Origin: Bacteroidales bacterium
GTDB lineage: Bacteria > Bacteroidota > Bacteroidia > Bacteroidales > B18-G4
Reading direction: 5' to 3'
Assembly: GCA_036351275.1 (NCBI GenBank)
Contig: JAZBOU010000025.1
Location: forward strand, 1 to 57,452
DNA: 57,452 bases
Part shown: positions 39,535 to 49,224 of the stretch, one piece after another
Layout of the letters: each line of letters starts with the position of its first letter
How positions within the stretch are numbered: the first letter of the stretch is position 1
Program-made: the position numbers and the translations under genes
Notes under the pieces: generated by a model
The model's database searches: none
What the model was told of the DNA's origin: nothing
What the model saw: only the letters and a program-made list of their open reading frames with translations

Positions 39535-40968
39535 TTGAACAAACAACTTTTTCTGATATTAAACCTTTGCCTGTCACCATTGTATTTTTCAGGACAGGAG
39601 ATGTGGGGCGTTGTGAATGGCAACTATGCGGGCATAAACAGCAGCCTTATCAATCCTGCAGGGATCATGCATTCAAAGCTCTATCTGGATGTCAATATTG
39701 CCACTGCCGACTTCTTTTTCGAGAACAATGCCTTTTATATTCATAAAGGTGATTACAAGCCTTTTGCTTATATAAGATCGGATGAGAACCTGCCGGAATA
39801 CGGCAAAGACGGGCTTCCCTTCGACTATTATCGCAATGATAAGCGAAAGAACCTTCACCTGAATACCTTTTTGCTCGGTCCCTCCTTCTCCATCTCCAGG
39901 GGAAAGGATGCCTTTGGGTTCAGGACGGCTTTCAGAGCGGTTGTCTCAGGCAGGCAAATACCCTATGAGTTCATCCCGTTTTCCTATGAAGGACTGAATT
40001 ACGAACCCCAGCACAATATCAATTATAACGATGATGTCATGCGGATCACCGGTATGGGGTGGACTGAGATCGGGGTAAGCTATGCCCGCTCCATGTATCG
40101 GCGTGGACCGGACCACCTCACAGCAGGCATCACAGCCAAATTTTTACTCGGTATGGCCGGCTCATTCCTCGATGTCCAGAACATCGACTATATCGTTAAT
40201 AACGACAGCACACTGAACATCCGGAATGCAAGGGCTGAATTTGGGTATTCAGGTCCTGAAGAGGATGGTCCTCTTTTCAAAGGAAATGGCTTTTCATTCG
40301 ACCTAGGCATAGTATACGAAAAGAAAAGCAGGGGATATTCCAGCTTCAGGTCCGGGAAACTGTGCAAGGTACCTTATGAGGATTATAAATACCGGCTGGG
40401 TTTTTCACTGATCGACCTGGGATTCATGAATTTTAAAAGCAGTGCCCAGCGGCACAATTACGACGATGTGAGTGTATTCTGGATGAACATCGATACCGTT
40501 AACTTCAGGGGCATCGATCCCTTTCTCAGTATGCTGAGTGAGGAGTTTTATGGTGATCCGGATGCATCCCTGACTTCCAATCGCATACGCATGGCATTGC
40601 CCGCCGCCATGAGCATGCAGTTTGATTATCATTACCGGGCACAATGGTACCTGAATGCCAGCCTTGTGCAGCCCATTATGAATACCGGATCATATATTTA
40701 CCGCCCGGCCCAGTTATCGGTTACGCCACGATACGAGACAGCCTACCTGGAATTCAGCATGCCGCTGTCGCTTTATGATTATCGCTATCCCAGGATCGGA
40801 CTGGCTGCCCGCTTCTGGTTCCTTACCATAGGGACGGATAAGATCCTTGGCTTTTTTAATCTTACCGACTTCACGGGAATGGATATCTATTTCTCGCTGA
40901 AGTTTAACTTCCTGAAAGGAAAATGCCGCAAGGCAAGTTATTATTGCGAAGGCCGCCCAATGCGTTAA
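39535..40968 (+). CDS. DUF5723-type outer-membrane beta-barrel protein (paralog 1)
   Basis: GNYAGIN...NPA, FDLGIVY, LGFSLIDLG, terminal beta strand; TTG start. Confidence 0.7.
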   Translation: MNKQLFLILNLCLSPLYFSGQEMWGVVNGNYAGINSSLINPAGIMHSKLYLDVNIATADFFFENNAFYIHKGDYKPFAYIRSDENLPEYGKDGLPFDYYRNDKRKNLHLNTFLLGPSFSISRGKDAFGFRTAFRAVVSGRQIPYEFIPFSYEGLNYEPQHNINYNDDVMRITGMGWTEIGVSYARSMYRRGPDHLTAGITAKFLLGMAGSFLDVQNIDYIVNNDSTLNIRNARAEFGYSGPEEDGPLFKGNGFSFDLGIVYEKKSRGYSSFRSGKLCKVPYEDYKYRLGFSLIDLGFMNFKSSAQRHNYDDVSVFWMNIDTVNFRGIDPFLSMLSEEFYGDPDASLTSNRIRMALPAAMSMQFDYHYRAQWYLNASLVQPIMNTGSYIYRPAQLSVTPRYETAYLEFSMPLSLYDYRYPRIGLAARFWFLTIGTDKILGFFNLTDFTGMDIYFSLKFNFLKGKCRKASYYCEGRPMR

Positions 40969-41125
40969 AGCTACGTGTTTTTACGGTTAAAAATAAGTAT
41001 CTCCTGTATCCTGTTTCAGTGTAATTCAATGCAAGAACTGCATTGCTGGATCTTATTTTAGCTACTGTTTCTCAGGTAACTTTTAAACCCTGCCTGCGTA
41101 AACGGGATATAAACAAAATCAAATC

Positions 41126-42604
41126 TTGCACAGGGCATATAAATATACGATCCTGACATGCTTTATCCTGCTCGGATTGCATCTGAACCTCAAGGGGCAA
41201 TACATTACCGGTGCGACGATGGGATCCTATACGGGGGTGAACAGTGGGATCGTGAACCCTGCCTTAATGACCAACAGCCGGTATTATGTCGATGTCAATG
41301 TATTCAGTACAGGTTTCTTTGTGCACAACAACTATGCTTACCTCTCGCGTGACGAATACCGTTTCACAAGGTTTCTCCTTCCGGGATATGAATACCCCGT
41401 GCATGCAAAGGAGCACGGCCAGGGTGAGCGACCTGCATATACCCTGGAAAACGTGAACAGGAAAAATATCCATTCCAATTACAGGGTCATGGGGCCATCG
41501 GTAATGGTTGCCGTGAATGATCACGCCTTTGGCTTCCATACCGGCTTTCGCCAGGTGAATACGGTAAAAGACCTGCCATACGACATGGCGAATTATTTTT
41601 ATTATAGCCTGGATTACAAGCCTCAGCATGGATATGAGTATGAGCACAGGGATCCCATAAAGTTTGCTACCCTGACCTGGTCTGAGATCGGCTTCAGCTG
41701 GGCTTATATGTTTCATAAATACGACCGTGACCGATGGTCATTGGGCGTATCGGCAAAATTCCTTCTCGGGCACGCAGGGGCATACGTTTATATGGATAAC
41801 CTGACCTATTTCACTCCGGATGATAATAATGTTTATGTGAGGAATATGAACGGTGAGGCGGCGTATTCACTCCCCATTGATTATGCTACGAATGAAATGT
41901 CGGGTTCGATGGTCAAGGGATATGGCATGGGTTTCGACCTGGGTGTTTCCTATATCCATACCGAGAAAGGGCATTCCAATATCAAATACAGGCGCCTTTG
42001 CCAGCAGCGTTATGAAGAATACAAGTTCAAATTCGGCGTATCACTGATGGATTTGGGCTGGATCCGGTTTAACGATGAGGCCGAGAAATATCATTACGAC
42101 AATGTTTCCGGCTCCTGGGAAGAGGTTGACACCCTCAAACAATATTACGATAACCTGGCTTTCATCAGTGAGGATGTGAATGCCCGCTTTTTTGAAGATC
42201 CTGACGATGCGCTTGTTGCAAATAAATTCAGCATGTACCTGCCGGCAAGCCTGGGACTACAGCTTGATTACCACTGGCAAAAGAACTGGTACGTTAGCAG
42301 TTCTGTCCGCCTTCCCATCAGTTATGCCAAAGGGCAGGTGAGGTCTCCTGCGGGGTTCATGGTATCACCCAGGCTCGAAACACAGGTGTTTGAGCTGGGT
42401 ATGCCCTTCACACTATACGATTTCCGGCACCCCATGCTCGGTGCTTATTTCCGTTTTTATAATTTCACGGTGGGGACGGACAACCTCTCGGGCTTCCTCA
42501 ACCTGACCAACCATTATGGTTTCAATGTTTATTTCTCCTTCAAGATCAGCCTGATCAAGAACCATTGCAAACGCAAGCTTCCCCGATTCTGCATCGATAA
42601 ATAG
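41126..42604 (+). CDS. DUF5723-type outer-membrane beta-barrel protein (paralog 2)
   Basis: Same motif order as the upstream gene (GSYTGVN...NPA, FDLGVSY, FGVSLMDLG). Confidence 0.7.
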   Translation: MHRAYKYTILTCFILLGLHLNLKGQYITGATMGSYTGVNSGIVNPALMTNSRYYVDVNVFSTGFFVHNNYAYLSRDEYRFTRFLLPGYEYPVHAKEHGQGERPAYTLENVNRKNIHSNYRVMGPSVMVAVNDHAFGFHTGFRQVNTVKDLPYDMANYFYYSLDYKPQHGYEYEHRDPIKFATLTWSEIGFSWAYMFHKYDRDRWSLGVSAKFLLGHAGAYVYMDNLTYFTPDDNNVYVRNMNGEAAYSLPIDYATNEMSGSMVKGYGMGFDLGVSYIHTEKGHSNIKYRRLCQQRYEEYKFKFGVSLMDLGWIRFNDEAEKYHYDNVSGSWEEVDTLKQYYDNLAFISEDVNARFFEDPDDALVANKFSMYLPASLGLQLDYHWQKNWYVSSSVRLPISYAKGQVRSPAGFMVSPRLETQVFELGMPFTLYDFRHPMLGAYFRFYNFTVGTDNLSGFLNLTNHYGFNVYFSFKISLIKNHCKRKLPRFCIDK

Positions 42605-42640
42605 GTTACAGGGGAAAAGGTCCCGGATTCCAGGCACTTC

Positions 42641-42675
42641 AGATATCAAATATCAAATATCAGTTTTCAGTATTA
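42641..42675. repeat. Heptamer array (A[G/A]ATATC family) x5
   Basis: agatatc aaatatc aaatatc agttttc agtatta, running into the citrate synthase stop. Confidence 0.75.
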
Positions 42676-43983
42676 CTTATTGTTGATTCCCGCAATCTCT
42701 TCAAGCATATCCGTGGTGAGTGATTTAGGCCTTTCGAGGGGGTACATCAGGGCGCGGTCCCAAATAACATTTGCGCAGATACCAATTGCCCTGCCGATAC
42801 CGAAGAGGACAGTATAAAAGTCATATTCCCTTACGCCATAATGCCATTGGATCACACCTGATTGTGCATCCACGTTGGGCCAGGGGTTTTTCGCCTTTCC
42901 ATGTTCCATGAGGATGGGAGGGACAACCTTATACAGGATGTCAACAAACTTGAACAGCGGGTCGTCTTTAATGTATTTCAGGCTGAAATCACGCTGCAGG
43001 GTATACCTGGGGTCTGTTTTTCTCAGAACGGCATGCCCGTAACCCGGAACAACAAAACCGGCGTTCAGTGTGTCCCATACATATTGCTTGATCTCATCTT
43101 CTGTTGGTTCCGCTCCACCCATTTTTTCCATAAGGTCCTGGAGCCACCTCAGCACTTCCTGGTTTGCCAGTCCGTGCAACGGGCCGGCCAGGCCGTTGAT
43201 CATTGCTGAGATCGACAGGTAGATGTCGGACAGGGAGCTGGCAACAAGGTGCCCGGTATGTGCACTGACATTACCGCTTTCGTGGTCGCTGTGAAGGATG
43301 AAGTGCAGGCGCGAAACATCATCATAGGGTTTGTCGATGCCCATCATGAATGCAAAGTTCCCGCCAAGGTCGAGGTTGGGATTTGACTGTATCCGATTCC
43401 CGTCTTTATAAAGCTTCGCATAAATATATGTTGCGATCTCGGGGAGTTTGGCCAGGAGGTTCAGCACATCCTCGTATGTGGGTTCCCAGTAATCTTCTTT
43501 TTTCAGCCCCGCAAAATATTTCTTCGTAAAGAACGATTCACGGTGCATGGTCAGTATAGCCGATGAAAATATCGTCATCGGGTGGCTGCAGCAGGGGAAT
43601 GCATCGATCACCTCATAAACATAGCGTGGCAGGATCCTTCTTTTGCTGAATTCGTCCACTACATCGGCTACCTCAGCTTCGTTAGGGATGTCGCCTGTCA
43701 GAAGCAGGAACATCAATCCTTCTACATAAGGCATTTCTGCTCCTTTGGGTTTGGGAAGAAGTTCAAACACTTCTTTCAGGGTATATCCCCTGTATCGTAT
43801 CCCTTCGTTGGGGTCAAGATAAGATATGTCGGTTACAAGGCTTTTGAGGCCTCGCATCCCGCCAAGCGCTTTGGCAATGGTCACCTCGTCGATCACCACA
43901 TCACCATATTCGTTCAATAACCTGGCGGTACGGGGGCGCCATTCATTAATCTTTTGCCTGAGCCTTTCTTTAAGTACTGACAT
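42673..43983 (-). CDS. gltA: Citrate (Si)-synthase, eukaryote-like type
   Basis: DHESGNVSAH, GLAGPLHGLANQEV, PGYGHAVLRKTDPR, NPWPNVDA, PLERPKS. Confidence 0.95.
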   Translation of the reverse strand: MSVLKERLRQKINEWRPRTARLLNEYGDVVIDEVTIAKALGGMRGLKSLVTDISYLDPNEGIRYRGYTLKEVFELLPKPKGAEMPYVEGLMFLLLTGDIPNEAEVADVVDEFSKRRILPRYVYEVIDAFPCCSHPMTIFSSAILTMHRESFFTKKYFAGLKKEDYWEPTYEDVLNLLAKLPEIATYIYAKLYKDGNRIQSNPNLDLGGNFAFMMGIDKPYDDVSRLHFILHSDHESGNVSAHTGHLVASSLSDIYLSISAMINGLAGPLHGLANQEVLRWLQDLMEKMGGAEPTEDEIKQYVWDTLNAGFVVPGYGHAVLRKTDPRYTLQRDFSLKYIKDDPLFKFVDILYKVVPPILMEHGKAKNPWPNVDAQSGVIQWHYGVREYDFYTVLFGIGRAIGICANVIWDRALMYPLERPKSLTTDMLEEIAGINNK

Positions 43984-44000
43984 ATCTCGTCTGGATAAGT

Positions 44001-45365
44001 TTACATATTTTCAATTATGGCACTGCCGAATTCTGAACATTTCAACAGGGTTGCGCCCTCCATCATCCTGTGGTAATCATAGGTGACCCTTTTCTGGCTG
44101 ATGGTCTTTTCAAGTCCCTTCCAGATGAGGTCATGTGCTTCGTTCCACCCCATGTATTTCAGCATCATGCTGCCTGATATGATGACAGAACCGGGATTCA
44201 CCTTGTCGAGGCCGGCATATTTTGGCGCCGTGCCGTGGGTGGCTTCAAATATAGCATGCCCGGTAACATAGTTTATGTTAGCGCCGGGGGCGATGCCGAT
44301 ACCGCCAACCTGTGCTGCCAGGGCATCGGATAAATAGTCGCCGTTCAGGTTCATGGTAGCTACCACATCAAATTCAGCCGCCCTGGTGAGCACCTGCTGA
44401 AGTGTAATGTCGGCAATGGCATCCCTGATAAGCAGCATATTTTTCCATTTCCCGTTGCCATGCGTGGGCATGAGCCGTAAGGCTTCTTCAACTTCGGCCC
44501 GGACACCTGCTTTCTGATCGCCGGTCATCATGTGGTACCCCGGTTCGATCTGCTTTGCGTTATCTTCTGTGCTGATTTCGGGATTGCGCTCAACATTGCC
44601 CAGTATCCAGCTTTCACGTTCGGTGATCACCCGGTCCCTGAACTCTTCCTTGGCCAGAATGTACCCCCAGTTCTTGAAGGCACCTTCGGTGAATTTCATG
44701 ATATTCCCTTTATGCACAAGGGTAACAGAGCGCCGTCCTTCTTCCAGGGCATAAACAATGGCCGCGCGGATAAGCCTGTAAGAGCCTTCTTTCGAAATGG
44801 GCTTGATACCGATACCCGATGTTTCCGGGAAACGGATCTTCTCTATGCCCATTTCCTTACGGATGAATTCAACGACTTTCTTAACCTCATCACTTCCTTC
44901 CATCCACTCGATACCGGCATATATGTCTTCCGTGTTTTCCCTGAAGATCACCATGTCTACATCTTCCGGTTTCTTTACCGGAGAAGGAACACCCTTGATG
45001 TATTTCACCGGGCGGAGGCAAACATAAAGGTCGAGGATCTGCCGAAGGGCAACATTCAGTGAACGGATCCCACCGCCTACAGGCGTAGTGAGGGGACCTT
45101 TTATACCAACCAGGTATTCTTTGAATGCATCGACGGTTTCCTGTGGCAACCAGTCGTTGAACTTATTGAATGCATTCTCGCCGGCATACACTTCTTTCCA
45201 TTCTATCTTTCTCCTGCCGTGATAAGCTTTTTCTACAGCAGCATCGAATACCCTCACGGAAGCGGCCCAGATATCCGGCCCTGTGCCGTCGCCTTCAATA
45301 AACGGTATTATTGGCTGATCTGGTACGATCAGGTTGTTGTTGTCGATTCTAATTTTCTCTCCCAT
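44001..45365 (-). CDS. icd: NADP-dependent isocitrate dehydrogenase (dimeric type)
   Basis: [57 protein letters not shown]. Confidence 0.96.
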   Translation of the reverse strand: MGEKIRIDNNNLIVPDQPIIPFIEGDGTGPDIWAASVRVFDAAVEKAYHGRRKIEWKEVYAGENAFNKFNDWLPQETVDAFKEYLVGIKGPLTTPVGGGIRSLNVALRQILDLYVCLRPVKYIKGVPSPVKKPEDVDMVIFRENTEDIYAGIEWMEGSDEVKKVVEFIRKEMGIEKIRFPETSGIGIKPISKEGSYRLIRAAIVYALEEGRRSVTLVHKGNIMKFTEGAFKNWGYILAKEEFRDRVITERESWILGNVERNPEISTEDNAKQIEPGYHMMTGDQKAGVRAEVEEALRLMPTHGNGKWKNMLLIRDAIADITLQQVLTRAAEFDVVATMNLNGDYLSDALAAQVGGIGIAPGANINYVTGHAIFEATHGTAPKYAGLDKVNPGSVIISGSMMLKYMGWNEAHDLIWKGLEKTISQKRVTYDYHRMMEGATLLKCSEFGSAIIENM

Positions 45366-45510
45366 ATTCAGTTTAATTAGGAACGCTAATTTACAAAAAT
45401 CAGCAAATGCTTTGAGTCAAAATATAATTTATAGAAACATCTAAATTATTCGCTGAAATATTAACGTTTCCTGAACGGCTTTGTTCATCCATGCAAATAT
45501 TATTGTACTG

Positions 45511-45573
45511 GGCTTCTGGCTTCAAGTTCCTGGTTGCTGCTTACTAACTACTGCCTAATGCCTGACGCCCGAC
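45511..45573. repeat. Degenerate period-7 array, 9 units
   Basis: ggcttct ggcttca agttcct ggttgct gcttact aactact gcctaat gcctgac gcccgac. Confidence 0.6.
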
Positions 45574-45638
45574 AGCTGTTAACATTTTTATAACAATTAC
45601 ATCTGTATAAAGTGTATATTTGTTAAAAGTTTAATTTT

Positions 45639-46097
45639 ATGGAGCAACGTTCAGGATTATATCGCAGCTCAAGAGACCAGATGATCGGCGGTGTCGCCGG
45701 CGGGATTGGTGAATCATGGAACCTGGATCCTACCTTGATCCGGATTCTCTTCATCCTGATGGTTCTGGTCGGGGGTGGAGGTGTATTGCTGTATATCATC
45801 TTATGGATCGTGCTTCCACTGGATGACCAAATGAAAATTAACGTAAACTCAGAAACCATGGAAGAGCAAAAAACAAGTGAAAATGCAAATGCAGGTGTAC
45901 CCAAACAGGATAACAGGTTCAAGAAAAAAGACGATGGAAGCCTGATCGCAGGGCTGATCCTGATCACCCTGGGTGTGATCTTTCTCGTAATACGATATGT
46001 ACCACGTATTGATTTTGGCGACCTGTGGCCCGTGATACTCATTGTGATCGGGATCGTGCTTCTCAGGAATGCTTTTGTCAGCAAAAAGCAGCAATAA
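45639..46097 (+). CDS. PspC domain membrane protein
   Basis: LYRS..D.MIGGVAGG, DPTLIR, LYIILWI..P; C-terminal LWPVILI helix pair. Confidence 0.9.
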   Translation: MEQRSGLYRSSRDQMIGGVAGGIGESWNLDPTLIRILFILMVLVGGGGVLLYIILWIVLPLDDQMKINVNSETMEEQKTSENANAGVPKQDNRFKKKDDGSLIAGLILITLGVIFLVIRYVPRIDFGDLWPVILIVIGIVLLRNAFVSKKQQ

Positions 46098-46124
46098 GTC
46101 ATGTAACCCTTTAAGCCTATCGTT

Positions 46125-47027
46125 ATGAAATACAGAAATATTTTCTGGGGGGTGCTGCTCATACTTCTTGGCATCCTCTACCTGCTCAAGCAATTTGATG
46201 TGATCTATTTCAACTGGCGTGACATTCTCAGCCTCTGGCCCTTACTGCTGGTATTGTGGGGGATATCCATCCTCCCGATCAAATCACTGTACAAGCTGAT
46301 CGCATCCTTTGTGGCTATCCTGGTCATGATCCTTATCATTCACTACAACCCGTCGCGCTGGCATTCGGGATGGATCTGGATCGGCGACTGGGACCGTGGC
46401 GACAGGATTGAACTGAAGAAAAGCGAGCCCCGCTCCGAAAATGCAAAATATGCTATATTGGAGCTTGATGCGGCAGCCGGCACTTATGTTATCGAAGGCA
46501 GTTCCGATCAGCTGGTGGATTTCAAATATGTTGGTGATTCGGGCTCTTATTTCATGAGCACTTCAGACGACGGGGAAAAACAGCGTGTGCATATCGGTCC
46601 CGAGCATAAACGAAACCAGTACCGTCTTTACCGCTCGCATGAGGTGGAGATCAAGATGAATCCGGATATGGTGTGGGACGTGGATGTAGATGCTGGTGCA
46701 GCCGACATCTGGATGGACCTGAGCCCTTTCATCATCGGTGAACTAACTATCGATGGTGGAGCTACATCCATCGAGATCAGGCTGGGTTCCCTGTCCGACA
46801 ACGTAAATGTCGACATTGAAACCGGCGTTTCATCCGTCAAGATATTTGTCCCCGAAGAGGTGGCCTGTGAGGTCGTCTCCGATTCCTTCCTCGTTTCAAG
46901 GGAACTGCCCGGTTTCGACAAAGTGAGCAAGAGCACCTACGTAAGTCCCAACTTTGCCGATGCCACCAAAAATATCAGCATTCAGTTCAGCTCGGGGATA
47001 TCCAGTTTGAGGGTGGTGCGGTATTAG
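46125..47027 (+). CDS. LiaF/LiaI-like (DUF5668-type) membrane protein with beta-repeat C-terminus
   Basis: FWG..LI.LG...LWPLLL..WG; C-terminal DAGA/DGGA/ETGV beta-helix-like repeats. Confidence 0.75.
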   Translation: MKYRNIFWGVLLILLGILYLLKQFDVIYFNWRDILSLWPLLLVLWGISILPIKSLYKLIASFVAILVMILIIHYNPSRWHSGWIWIGDWDRGDRIELKKSEPRSENAKYAILELDAAAGTYVIEGSSDQLVDFKYVGDSGSYFMSTSDDGEKQRVHIGPEHKRNQYRLYRSHEVEIKMNPDMVWDVDVDAGAADIWMDLSPFIIGELTIDGGATSIEIRLGSLSDNVNVDIETGVSSVKIFVPEEVACEVVSDSFLVSRELPGFDKVSKSTYVSPNFADATKNISIQFSSGISSLRVVRY

Positions 47028-47119
47028 CAGATCCCGGAACAGTGCCGGATGCAATGGAGCATATGTCATTTTTTCATGTTTTGGGAATAAGGTATAATTC
47101 TTGATATGCCCTTATACAC

Positions 47120-48040
47120 ATGGATTACAAAGATTATTATAAAGTATTAGGTGTATCTAAAAAAGCATCCCAGGAGGAGATCAAGAAAGCGTATCGAAAG
47201 CTGGCGATGAAATACCATCCTGACAAGAACCAGGGTGATGCCAGGGCAGAGGCAAGGTTCAAGGAAGTGAGTGAAGCCTACGAGGTTCTGGGGAATGCCG
47301 AGAACCGCAAGAAGTACGACCAGCTGGGAGCAAACTGGAAACACTATGAGAAAAACGGTGCTTATGCCAACCAGGGATTTGGACACGGGCAATACGGCGG
47401 ATATTACAGTGGTGGCAGCGGTAGCATCAATATGGAAGATCTCTTTGGCGGGGGTGGCTTTTCCGACTTCTTCAAGACATTTTTCGGAGGGAGCTTTGGC
47501 GGAGGCACGCAAAGCCGCACAGTAAGGGATGTAAGAGGAGCAGACTATTCAACCAAGCTTACACTTACCCTTCTCGAGGCATACAATGGCACAGAAAGGA
47601 TGATTGATGTTAAAGGCCGGACCATTAAAGTAAAAGTGGGGCGTGGCGTGAAAGACGGACAAAAGCTCCGCGTGAAGGGAAAAGGAGGGTCCTCTGCCTC
47701 CGGAGGCAGCAGCGGTGATCTATATATCCAGATCGTGATCCTTCCTGATCCGCGTTTCAAACGTGAGGGGAACAACCTCTATACGACGATTGAAACAGAC
47801 ATTTACACAGCAGTGCTTGGCGGTAAAGTTACGGTGGATACCCTCAAAGGCCCGGTTAACATTACCATCCCGCCAGGGACACAGAATGGCAAGACCTTCC
47901 GGCTGAAAAATATGGGCATGCCCGATTATACGCATGCCGTCGTGAACGGCGACCTCTTTGTTAAGGTGCATATCCGGATACCTCAAAAACTTAAACCTGA
48001 AGAGCGTGTTCTGTTTGAGAAACTGAGGGATGCTAAATAA
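47120..48040 (+). CDS. Class II DnaJ/CbpA-like co-chaperone
   Basis: J-domain with HPD, G/F region, DnaJ C-terminal domain, no zinc finger. Confidence 0.92.
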   Translation: MDYKDYYKVLGVSKKASQEEIKKAYRKLAMKYHPDKNQGDARAEARFKEVSEAYEVLGNAENRKKYDQLGANWKHYEKNGAYANQGFGHGQYGGYYSGGSGSINMEDLFGGGGFSDFFKTFFGGSFGGGTQSRTVRDVRGADYSTKLTLTLLEAYNGTERMIDVKGRTIKVKVGRGVKDGQKLRVKGKGGSSASGGSSGDLYIQIVILPDPRFKREGNNLYTTIETDIYTAVLGGKVTVDTLKGPVNITIPPGTQNGKTFRLKNMGMPDYTHAVVNGDLFVKVHIRIPQKLKPEERVLFEKLRDAK

Positions 48041-48161
48041 TGCCGAAAACTTATTAAACATGACCGTTTTCTGATTCTTTGTATCGAGTTTGTTAAAATA
48101 TCTTAAATTAGCTAGTCAAATGTCTGCAAACCCTTGACAAAGACATTGATGTTAGCGAATC

Positions 48162-49154
48162 ATGAAAAAGGCCTCCACAATATTCCTGGTTCTTTGCCTG
48201 ATCTTCACTTTTTCGTGTGAAACAGACCTGGAAGTTGCTCCATATAAGGATCTTACAATCGTTTATGGTATCATCAATATTAAAGATACGGTGCAATACC
48301 TGCGCATTAACAGGGGATTCATGAGTACCGATGATCCATACAATTATACCCAGGTAAATGATTCGATAAACTATCCCGAGAATGCTTTCCAGGTTTTCCT
48401 CGAAGAATACAAAGACGGAGAAATGACAGGGGAGCCGGTAGAGTATGAACCGGTCGACAGGCAAAAAGAACCCGGATTGTTCTCAAATGAGTCGAATTGT
48501 GTTTACAGGACAAACACCCCGATAAACGAGGAATGCCAGTATAAACTGAGGGTGATCGAACGGTCGACAGGGCGTGAAGTTACGGGATGGGCCACCGTGC
48601 TGGGAAGCATAACCATGCAAGAATCTTTTTATCAGGAACGGGCATTTTACAGGGTAGATTATCGTGCAGAGCCCATGTATGACTACCAGGGCTCACTTGA
48701 TCCGACCGAACATGAACACTACATCATGCGATTTCTGTACTGGGAATATGTCGGGAATAAAACCTATTTCAAATATGTTGACTGGGTTCCCAATATGAAT
48801 CCCCTCGGCTATAAGAATGATGACACGATCCAGCTTTTCGATAAGTACTACGAATACCTGGCCTCCCAGATACCGGTTGCCCCGAATGTTAAACGGCGGG
48901 CAAGAGGGGTCGACTATATGCTGGCCCTGCCGGGGATAGAGTTGCAGGATTTTATCCAGGTGTATGAACAACCAACCAATCCGCACTTCTTTCCTGAATA
49001 CACAAATGTTGAAGATGGCTTCGGCATTTTTGGAAGTACCTATGGGTACACCTACTTTGGGCTGAAGTTAAAGAAAAGGACCCTGGATACAATAAGCTGG
49101 GGGAAACATCTGTATAATCACCGCTTTGCGGATTCCAACGGCGAATGGCATTGA
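48162..49154 (+). CDS. Lipoprotein, DUF4249-like
   Basis: TFSC lipobox, IVYGII, TNVEDGFGIFGS; next to a TonB-dependent receptor. Confidence 0.6.
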   Translation: MKKASTIFLVLCLIFTFSCETDLEVAPYKDLTIVYGIINIKDTVQYLRINRGFMSTDDPYNYTQVNDSINYPENAFQVFLEEYKDGEMTGEPVEYEPVDRQKEPGLFSNESNCVYRTNTPINEECQYKLRVIERSTGREVTGWATVLGSITMQESFYQERAFYRVDYRAEPMYDYQGSLDPTEHEHYIMRFLYWEYVGNKTYFKYVDWVPNMNPLGYKNDDTIQLFDKYYEYLASQIPVAPNVKRRARGVDYMLALPGIELQDFIQVYEQPTNPHFFPEYTNVEDGFGIFGSTYGYTYFGLKLKKRTLDTISWGKHLYNHRFADSNGEWH

Positions 49155-49224
49155 TGTCAGGTGTAATGAAACTTTATTTACTTTTGTAGGTTATTAAAAC
49201 AGGCCCCATAAACGAACTTATAAC

